NCBI GenBank assembly: GCA_050736715.1
Contig: JBOHWK010000169.1
Location: forward strand, 73-64,072
Length of the DNA stretch: 64,000 nt
Direction of reading: 5' to 3'
DNA from: Candidatus Binataceae bacterium
Lineage (GTDB): Bacteria; Desulfobacterota; Binatia; Binatales; Binataceae
The notes under the pieces are model-generated. The model saw nothing but the letters and a program-made list of their open reading frames with translations, did no database searches and had not been told where the DNA came from. Position numbers and translations under genes: made by a program. Shown here piece by piece: positions 57,239 to 64,000 of the stretch (its first letter is position 1; the number at the start of each line of letters is the position of its first letter).

Positions 57239-58276
57239 TCAGCCGGAAGTTGCGAGCGCCTCGCTCAGCGCCATCAGGCACACTCCGGTCGCATACGGCG
57301 CCGTGCCAATCTTGATTGAATTGTAGAAATCGAAATCGCCCGGCGGAGTCTGTTCGGAGACCCCCGTGAAGGCCCCCTCCGCGCCGATATGTTGAGATAG
57401 CGCCGCAAGCGCGCGGTTGTATGCATCGCGAACGCGATCGACGTCGAGGCCGGGGAGGTTCATGCGCAGCGCACGGCCCATCCCTAGTGCGAATCCCGCG
57501 GCGGATGACGCCTCAATATACGAATCGGGCCGATCGATCACGGTGTGCCACAGCCCGCCCTGGTCTTGCAGCTTCGCAACGGCATTTAGCTGGCGCGCGA
57601 GCATCGAAATGATTTCTTTGGCCGGCGCCGTGAAGCGGCCCGGCATCCCGGCCGCCTCGACTTCGGCCAGCACCTGCGGCGCGGCGATCGAAAACCAACT
57701 GTTCCCGCGCGCCCACAAGCAGGCCGAATGCGTCCCCTTATCGGCGTATGCGACGTGCCAGAAAAGACCCGTCGCAGAATCGACAAGCGCGCGCGAATGC
57801 GCGATCAACTGCGCCAGCGCGCGTTCCATCCGCGCCGCATCGCGGTCGATTCGCGCGAGCGCCGCAATTGCGGGCGCGGTGAAGTACGCCACGTCGATCC
57901 AGACTTCCATCGCGGGCGGATGCGGCACGATCGCGCCGCCGGGCGTGCGCGTCGCGGAGGACTCCATGAACTCGACGATTCGGCGTGCGTAATCCAGATA
58001 GGCGGCGTTGTTGGTCTGTCCGTATAGATCGAGCGCGGGAAGCGCCTCGGCCGCCCAGACCCAGAACCATCCCTGCGTATTCGGACCCGCCGCAAGCCTT
58101 GGCGCGAACCATTTTTCCGCCACCGCAAGCGGATTGGCGATTTCCAGCGCGCGCGCCGCATAGACGAGGCCATCGCAGAGAATTGAATCGCCCCAATGGA
58201 TCTGCTTCGTGATCAGCTCCGATGCGGCGTGCGCGGTGAGCCATTCGAGATGGCGGCGCAGGTCGTTGGCATTCAT
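57239..58276 (-). CDS. glycoside hydrolase family 88/105 (unsaturated glucuronyl/rhamnogalacturonyl hydrolase-like)
   Basis: Start at MNANDLRRHLEW (cat 58274-58276); WARGNSWF-type motif and (alpha/alpha)6-barrel-like pattern; family call from memory of the RGNGW-type motif. Confidence 0.55.
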   Translation of the reverse strand: MNANDLRRHLEWLTAHAASELITKQIHWGDSILCDGLVYAARALEIANPLAVAEKWFAPRLAAGPNTQGWFWVWAAEALPALDLYGQTNNAAYLDYARRIVEFMESSATRTPGGAIVPHPPAMEVWIDVAYFTAPAIAALARIDRDAARMERALAQLIAHSRALVDSATGLFWHVAYADKGTHSACLWARGNSWFSIAAPQVLAEVEAAGMPGRFTAPAKEIISMLARQLNAVAKLQDQGGLWHTVIDRPDSYIEASSAAGFALGMGRALRMNLPGLDVDRVRDAYNRALAALSQHIGAEGAFTGVSEQTPPGDFDFYNSIKIGTAPYATGVCLMALSEALATSG

Positions 58277-58329
58277 GGCCGTTCCTTGGGGATGGCCGCG
58301 GCAGGTATAATCGCCCCGGAGCATCGCCT

Positions 58330-58665
58330 ATGGCCGTTATCGAGCCAAACCATCCAAAGATCAAGGGGCTGAACGAGGTCGGCCACTACGCCGTCGGCGT
58401 GCAATGGATCGACGGCCACGACAGCATCTACGCGCTGGAGCATCTGCGCCGCGGATGCCCGTGCGAGGCTTGCGGGGGCGCGATCGAAGGCGAAATTCCA
58501 CCTGCCGCCCAGCGGCTCAGCCAATTCTCGCGCTTGGGCGAGACCGGCGTCTTTATCGCATGGGCCGACGGTCACGAGACGCTCTACACGACGCGCCAGT
58601 TGCGCGATCTCTGCCGATGCGCCCGTTGCATCGCCGAACCGCAACGCCCGATCACCGGCGATTGA
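58330..58665 (+). CDS. DUF971-family protein (gamma-butyrobetaine-hydroxylase-like N-terminal zinc-ribbon domain)
   Basis: 111 aa; LRRGCPCEAC and LRDLCRCARC twin Cys motifs characteristic of DUF971. Confidence 0.6.
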   Translation: MAVIEPNHPKIKGLNEVGHYAVGVQWIDGHDSIYALEHLRRGCPCEACGGAIEGEIPPAAQRLSQFSRLGETGVFIAWADGHETLYTTRQLRDLCRCARCIAEPQRPITGD

Positions 58666-58694
58666 GCGGGATCGACACGCGAATCGGACGAAAG

Positions 58695-60605
58695 ATGCGG
58701 CGGATCGCATTGGCGGTGGCGCTTGCGTGCCTCGCGATTTGGACGGGCCGCGCGGCGTGCGCGGCGCAATCGGTAAACCTCGCGCACAACGGCAATCTCG
58801 CCACCGGAGCGGGCACGACACCCGCCGATTGGTACGCGCTCTCCTCGCTGCGGAAGCTTACCCATTTTTCATGGTGGCGCACGAGCGATGGCGCCGGCGT
58901 AGCGGCAATCGACAATCCGAGTGCGGGGTACGCGAGCTGGCATCAGGCGCTCTATCTGGCGCCCGGCCGCTATCTTATCGGTGCGCAGGCGCGCGCCGAT
59001 AAGATTGGGCCGGGGTTCGGCGCGGCGACAATCGCGGTGCAAACTTTCGATGGGATGCTGATTGCGTCCGGCGCGCCTCGCATCGCCGGAGAATGGCGCG
59101 ATGTCGGATTCACGCTGCGAATCCATCGCTGGGGCGAAACGACGGAACTGCTGCTCCAACTCGGAATGCCCAAGAATCCCGGCGCCGGCCGCGTTTCGTT
59201 TCGCGATGTCACCGTGACGGCGCTGGGCGCGGCGGCTAATCCGACCGGCCCGGTTTACGATCCCGATACGATGCGTTCGAGCGCGGGCGCGACTGCGCCA
59301 AGCCCGTGGGACTATCCGGCGCGCGCCGTGGGCGTGATTTGCGGAATCGGATTGCTGGTTCTCCTGGGATGGGCGCTGGCCGTGATTTGGCGGCCCGCAT
59401 TCGAGGCGGACCGGCGGCGATTTCTGCTCGTCTGCGCCGCGATGACGGCGATTGCCGCGATCGAATTTGCCGGGCTGTTCCATTTCACCGGCTTCTACTG
59501 GGACATTTGGTCGAAGACCAACCGCGCCCTGCTCGCATCGGCGCTCGGTCCGTTCGGAATTTACGCGCCCGGCCTGCCGGTCGATTCCTATCCGCCGGGT
59601 TCGCTCTACCTGCTGTGGCTATCGGGATGGATCGGGCGGCTCATCGAGCCGGGCGCGGACGGCTTCCGCGTGATCGTCGAGGCGCCGCCGGTCGCCGCAA
59701 TCTTGCTAATCGGAATTACCATCTATGCCGCCGCGCTTCGGCGCGGAAAGCGATCGGCGATCGCGGCGGGCGCGATGCTCTGCTTCGCGATCAATCCGGC
59801 GCTTATGTTCGACATAATCGTGTGGGGGCAGAACGATTCGGTAGTCGTATTGCCGATGCTCGCGGCCGCGGTCCTCGTGCTCGCGGGACGCCATCGCCTG
59901 GGATGGTGCGCGGCGGGAATCGCGCTGCTCGCGAAGCCGCAGGCGATCGCGCTGCTCCCGCCGCTTGGGCTGTTGACGCTGTTCGACGCCGGAATCGCGG
60001 AATGCGCCTGGTGCGCCGCCGGGTTCCTCGGGACGATTGCGATCGGCGCCGCGCCCTTCCAACTCGGCCATTCGTGGAACTGGGTAATCGCCGTCTATCG
60101 GGACCTCGGCACGCGCTACAGCGAAGCCTCGGTCGGCGCATTCAACTTCCTCGGATTGATCGGCGGGATCGGATCGCCGGACAGCACGAAAGTGGCCGGT
60201 GTGTCGTACTATTCGATCGGCTTGGCGCTGACGTGCGCCGCATATGCGATCGCGTCATATTTGGTATGGCGCGCGCGCGACGACACCGCCGCGATGATTG
60301 CGATCTTCACCGCGCTGTTCGGCTTCTTCCTGTTCGCGCCGCGGATGCACGAGCGGTATCTCTACTACTCGCTTGCGATGCTCGCGCCGATCGCGCTCGA
60401 TTCCGGCGCGCTCGCGGCGATCTTCAGCGCGGTCACGGCGACCTTCCTATTCAATCTGCTCTATGTGAAGCGGCTTGCAGACCGGTCCGCGTTCTTCCCG
60501 AAGCATCCCCATCCGGCGGTAATTGGGGCGGAGTTGATCAACCTCGCGGCGTTCGCCGCGATTGCGGTGTACGGCCTCATCCGCACTCCCCGCCGCGCGG
60601 GCTGA
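58695..60605 (+). CDS. GT-C-fold-like integral membrane protein with N-terminal periplasmic domain (putative glycosyl/mannosyltransferase, DUF2029-like)
   Basis: ATG 58695; signal/anchor MRRIALAVALACLAIWTG; ~250-aa soluble N-domain then >=9 TM helices with PRMHERYLYYSL loop motif reminiscent of GT-C enzymes; the upstream extension in the track was rejected. Confidence 0.5.
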   Translation: MRRIALAVALACLAIWTGRAACAAQSVNLAHNGNLATGAGTTPADWYALSSLRKLTHFSWWRTSDGAGVAAIDNPSAGYASWHQALYLAPGRYLIGAQARADKIGPGFGAATIAVQTFDGMLIASGAPRIAGEWRDVGFTLRIHRWGETTELLLQLGMPKNPGAGRVSFRDVTVTALGAAANPTGPVYDPDTMRSSAGATAPSPWDYPARAVGVICGIGLLVLLGWALAVIWRPAFEADRRRFLLVCAAMTAIAAIEFAGLFHFTGFYWDIWSKTNRALLASALGPFGIYAPGLPVDSYPPGSLYLLWLSGWIGRLIEPGADGFRVIVEAPPVAAILLIGITIYAAALRRGKRSAIAAGAMLCFAINPALMFDIIVWGQNDSVVVLPMLAAAVLVLAGRHRLGWCAAGIALLAKPQAIALLPPLGLLTLFDAGIAECAWCAAGFLGTIAIGAAPFQLGHSWNWVIAVYRDLGTRYSEASVGAFNFLGLIGGIGSPDSTKVAGVSYYSIGLALTCAAYAIASYLVWRARDDTAAMIAIFTALFGFFLFAPRMHERYLYYSLAMLAPIALDSGALAAIFSAVTATFLFNLLYVKRLADRSAFFPKHPHPAVIGAELINLAAFAAIAVYGLIRTPRRAG

Positions 60606-60640
60606 CTGCGACGCCCCCGCGCGGGTACGATATATCCGCG

Positions 60641-61174
60641 ATGATGACGCCATCCGATATGTTCCGAATCCTCGATGCGCTCGAATCCGACGGCGTGCGA
60701 TGCTGGATCGACGGCGGATGGGGCATCGACGTGCTGCTCGGCCGTCAGACGCGCGAGCATGACGACCTCGATCTCGTAATCGATATTTCGGGCGCGGATG
60801 CCGCCAAGGCCGCATTGGCGGCGCTCGGCTTCGCGCTCGCCGAAGACGAATTTCCAACCCGCTTCGCGATGGCCGACGGCTCCGGCCACAAAGTCGATTT
60901 CCATCCCGTCAAGTTCGATGCCGAGGGCGGCGGAATCCAACAGCTTCAGCGCAAGGGCGCCTTCTACCGCTATCCGCCGGAGGGCTTCAAGGTACAAGGA
61001 CGGCTCGCGGGACGGACGCTACCCTGCATCGGCGCCGAGGTGCAGATGGAATGCCATCTCGGCTACGAACCGGACGAAAAGGATTTGCACGACGTGAAGC
61101 TGCTCCATGAATCGCTCGGAGTGCCGCTGCCGGAGCGCTACCGCAAGCTCTTCGCGGCGCGTGCGGATTCATAG
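60641..61174 (+). CDS. ANT(2'')-like nucleotidyltransferase (aminoglycoside 2''-adenylyltransferase family fold)
   Basis: VRCWIDGGWGIDVLLGRQTREHDDLDLV closely parallels the AadB N-terminal motif (LWIGGGWAIDARLGRVTRKHDDIDL), recalled from memory; 177 aa. Confidence 0.6.
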   Translation: MMTPSDMFRILDALESDGVRCWIDGGWGIDVLLGRQTREHDDLDLVIDISGADAAKAALAALGFALAEDEFPTRFAMADGSGHKVDFHPVKFDAEGGGIQQLQRKGAFYRYPPEGFKVQGRLAGRTLPCIGAEVQMECHLGYEPDEKDLHDVKLLHESLGVPLPERYRKLFAARADS

Positions 61175-61338
61175 GCGGCGATTGTCGCGCTTGGTCCGGG
61201 CGGGGGTTGGCGTCGCGGGGCGGGTTCCTGTAGTATCCAACGTTCCTGCGGCGGGATGGCCGCGGCCTCCACTTGCGCGCGGATGGGCGGGCGTGTGACG
61301 GGCGGATTCCGGCAACCATCGAGCGAGTGGAGCAATAA

Positions 61339-62241
61339 ATGACGACATCGAATGCGGTCGCGCCCGCGGGCGCGGCCAAAACCTTTACGGCGCCGTGGGA
61401 GCAGCCTTGGTATGCGGCCACCGGCACCGACCGCGGCGTCTTCGGCTGGATCGTGCTGATCCATGCGACCGCGCTGGCGGGCCTGTTGCTTTTTCCGCTT
61501 CCCGGATGGCCGATCTTTCTGTGCGCTTTGGGCCTCGCCTTTCTTGGCGGACTCGGCACGACCGTCGCCTACCATCGCGCGATCGCCCATCGCGCCGTCA
61601 CCCTCAATCCGTGGGTGCGCGGCGTGCTGACCTTCCTCGCGATGTTCAACGGCTCGGGCGCACCGGCTTCGTGGGCCTCGCGCCATCGCCAGCATCACGC
61701 GACCGCCGACACGCTCGACGATGTGTCCAGCCCGGTATGGGGCGGATTCTGGTGGGCGCATCTGCGCTGGCTGTGGCAAACCGGGCCGTCGCCGCTCGAC
61801 CGCTACGGGCGCGATTTGCGGTCGCCGTCGTATTTGACGTGGCGCTATTTCCAGGTGCCGATTCTTGCGCTGTCGTACCTGGGTCCCCTGTATTTCGGAT
61901 GGGCCGCGTTCTTCTGGGTAGGCGCGATCCGGCTGTGCTTCTCGCTGCACGCGCAATGCTTCGTCAACAGCATCTGCCACACGCAGGCGGAGGCGGCGCC
62001 CGGCGAGGATTCGAGCCGCAACGTGGGTTGGCTGAGCCTGATGCACATGTTGCAGGGCGAGAATTGGCATCGCAACCATCATGCGCGTCCCGGCTCGGCG
62101 CGGCTCGGATGGGGCTGGCATCAGCCCGACGTTGGCTACCTGACGATTCTGGTGCTGGAGAAAATGGGCCTGGCCACCGAGGTTCGCCACGGCGGCCCGT
62201 TCGACGAGCGCGACGCCGCCGCATTCGATTCCGCCGCGTAA
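61339..62241 (+). CDS. membrane fatty-acid (acyl-CoA/acyl-lipid) desaturase, delta9-type
   Basis: Three His boxes HRAIAH, HRQHH, HRNHH with appropriate spacing and TM segments. Confidence 0.8.
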   Translation: MTTSNAVAPAGAAKTFTAPWEQPWYAATGTDRGVFGWIVLIHATALAGLLLFPLPGWPIFLCALGLAFLGGLGTTVAYHRAIAHRAVTLNPWVRGVLTFLAMFNGSGAPASWASRHRQHHATADTLDDVSSPVWGGFWWAHLRWLWQTGPSPLDRYGRDLRSPSYLTWRYFQVPILALSYLGPLYFGWAAFFWVGAIRLCFSLHAQCFVNSICHTQAEAAPGEDSSRNVGWLSLMHMLQGENWHRNHHARPGSARLGWGWHQPDVGYLTILVLEKMGLATEVRHGGPFDERDAAAFDSAA

Positions 62242-62437
62242 GTGGGTTGCGCGGTGAATCCGAAATGCACCACCCGAAATAATTTACCCTCAGCGCCGGC
62301 CCCTCCTTCGGCTCTCTCGGCTACCGCCTGGAGTCGTTCAGGAGCGCGGCATGGTACGCACTGGCTCAACCCCCGCAGGGGCCAAAAACCCTTTTTTCGC
62401 AGCCGGTTAAGAGTGGGGGGGCTGCCGGCGGCGCAAT

Positions 62438-63799
62438 TCACTCGACCGGATCGAAATCGAGCGCGTTGTTGCGGGCGAGTTGCGAGTACCAGCGCCCGCT
62501 CTCCTTCACGATTCGGGCGCGGGTCTTGAAATCGCAGTACACGATTCCGAAGCGCTGGCGAAAGCCTTCGGTCCATTCGAAATTGTCGGTGAAGGTCCAA
62601 TGAAAATAGCCGCGCACGTCGGCGCCCGCCGCGATCGCGCGGCCCACCTCGGCGATATACCGGCGCAAAAACTTGATGCGCCGCTGGTCGTTCACCTTGC
62701 CCTCGGCGTCCGGCGCGTCGCCGTAGGAGCATCCGTTTTCCGTGACGTATAGCGGCACGCCGGGAAAATCCTTGGCGACCCGCAGAATTGTCTCAGAGAG
62801 CGCCCTTGGATAAACCTCCCATCCGAAATCGGTCAATTCCGCGCCCGGCGGCGGTGGTTGCAGGACCGCGCCGATGTTCTTATCGGACGGCTCGTTCGCG
62901 ACGACCGACCGCTGATAGAGATTGATCCCGATAAAATCGAGCGGCGCGTAAATCGTCTCCATGTCGCCGGGGCGGATTTCGATTCGATCCGCGGGTTTTC
63001 CTTCCACGTAGGCTTCGGGATAGGTGCCGCGCATCACGGGATCGAGAAACCACAGATTGTAGAAGCGATGCCATCGCTCGGCCGCCAGCCGATCCTCCAG
63101 CGAATTGGTCTTCGGATGCACGGGAGCCATCGAGTTGGCGATTCCCACCATCGCGGGCTGGTTTTTCCCCTCGCGGATCGCGCGGATCGAAAGCCCCTGC
63201 GCGAGATTGACCGTGTGCGTCGCCTTGAGCGCCTCGAGCGGCTCGTTGCGCCCGGGCGCGTGAATGCCGGCCAGGTAGCCCAGTATCGTAAACACCCACG
63301 GCTCGTTGAAGATCATCCAATGCTTCACGCGATCGCCGAATGCGTCGGCGCAAACGGCGGCATAGTCGCGGAAGGTCTCCGCGAGGTCGCGATTCGGCCA
63401 TCCGCCCGCGTCTTCCAGCGCCTGCGGCAGGTCCCAATGATAGAGCGTCACCCACGGCTGGATGTGGTTTGCGAGCATCGTGTCGATGACGCGATTGTAG
63501 AAGTCGATTCCCCATTGGCTCACCGCGCCCGTACCCGCCGGAATTATGCGCGGCCACGAGAGCGAGATGCGCGCGGCGTTGAGGCCCAAGTCCGCCATCA
63601 TTGCGATGTCGTCCTTGTAGCGGCGGTAGAAATCACACGCGATGTCGCCGGTATCGCCGTTGGCGATCTTGTTGGGCGTGTGCGAGAAGCGGTCCCAGAT
63701 CGATTCGCCCTTGCCGTTCTCGTTCCATGCGCCTTCGATCTGATACGCGGCGCTCGCGGTGCCCCAGAGAAATCCCTTGGGAAAAGCCATTCCAGCCAT
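62438..63799 (-). CDS. GH1 beta-glucosidase
   Basis: Start at MAGMAFPKGFLWGTASAAYQIEGAWNENGKG; catalytic NEP and TENG motifs; the 58-aa upstream extension in the track lacks support. Confidence 0.9.
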   Translation of the reverse strand: MAGMAFPKGFLWGTASAAYQIEGAWNENGKGESIWDRFSHTPNKIANGDTGDIACDFYRRYKDDIAMMADLGLNAARISLSWPRIIPAGTGAVSQWGIDFYNRVIDTMLANHIQPWVTLYHWDLPQALEDAGGWPNRDLAETFRDYAAVCADAFGDRVKHWMIFNEPWVFTILGYLAGIHAPGRNEPLEALKATHTVNLAQGLSIRAIREGKNQPAMVGIANSMAPVHPKTNSLEDRLAAERWHRFYNLWFLDPVMRGTYPEAYVEGKPADRIEIRPGDMETIYAPLDFIGINLYQRSVVANEPSDKNIGAVLQPPPPGAELTDFGWEVYPRALSETILRVAKDFPGVPLYVTENGCSYGDAPDAEGKVNDQRRIKFLRRYIAEVGRAIAAGADVRGYFHWTFTDNFEWTEGFRQRFGIVYCDFKTRARIVKESGRWYSQLARNNALDFDPVE

Positions 63800-64000
63800 A
63801 GACCGGCTTGATACCACAGGCGGGCAAAATTGGCGACCGTCAGGCTCCGGTCCGAGGAGTACGGCCCCTCGGCTTCGGATCGGATGCTGGGGAATTTTTC
63901 GCAGGCGCCGGCCGATGCCGCGCTGCTCAACGCGATTCACAATCCGATGCGCGCCGAAGGCCCGCCCGCCCATCGCGCCTCGCCGCGGCTGTTGCGAACA

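Noticed and set aside
58404-60605. 733-aa ORF extending the GT-C-like membrane protein ~100 codons upstream across the DUF971 gene
   Set aside because: The extension is Arg-rich and overlaps the well-supported DUF971 ORF. The real protein starts with a hydrophobic signal/anchor at ATG 58695.
59306-61174. 622-aa ORF running through the membrane-protein gene in another frame into the ANT(2'') gene
   Set aside because: Only the last 177 codons (from ATG 60641) have protein-like composition and a family motif.
62242-62437. AAAAACCCTTTTTT and GC-rich segments between convergent desaturase and beta-glucosidase genes
   Set aside because: No stable stem could be drawn. It is probably an ordinary convergent intergenic region.

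Overview
This 64 kb window is a high-GC (roughly 65-70 %) bacterial chromosomal region, apparently from a diderm, densely packed with genes on both strands. It contains no rRNA, tRNA or CRISPR. Confidently recognised housekeeping genes include atpD-atpC, gmd, rpoZ, rpoH (RpoH box QRKLFFNLRK), rsmA/ksgA, mutM, pilD, tmk, holB, a PSP1/RicT protein, etfB-etfA, macA-macB, glmS and gcdH with a divergent LysR regulator. The accessory content that stands out is listed below.
1. A ~7.5 kb same-strand cluster (3.6-11.1 kb) encodes a pentaheme lipoprotein cytochrome, an outer-membrane beta-barrel, a monoheme cytochrome c, a NapC/NirT/NrfH-type tetraheme quinol dehydrogenase, a cNMP-binding membrane protein and an 877-aa hexaheme cytochrome. 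It looks like an uncharacterised porin-cytochrome / extracellular or periplasmic electron-transfer module.
2. A convergent 829-aa secreted protein is built from roughly 11 degenerate Cys-rich repeats (PYxCCTGxGTGTC) plus NHL-like propeller repeats.
3. A glmS ribozyme core (UUGACGAGGAGGGAGCUUAUCGAA...UUCGGCGGAUG.CUUCCCGG) sits in the glmS leader on the minus strand.
4. A ~0.9 kb low-GC cassette carrying a DUF4160/DUF2442 gene pair is inserted at the 3' end of etfA and is flanked by a ~105-bp duplicated copy of the etfA C-terminus.
5. A low-GC Fic (HPFVDGNGR) gene has a palindromic operator upstream.
6. There are tandem ~455-aa secreted paralogs (DUF1329-like).
7. Two or three toxin-antitoxin loci are present (addiction-module/ParE-like, ParD/ParE, and the DUF4160/DUF2442 pair).
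8. Two tiny polybasic ORFs with strong ribosome-binding sites are present.
Every call is based on translated motifs and sequence context read by eye. No database searches were run.
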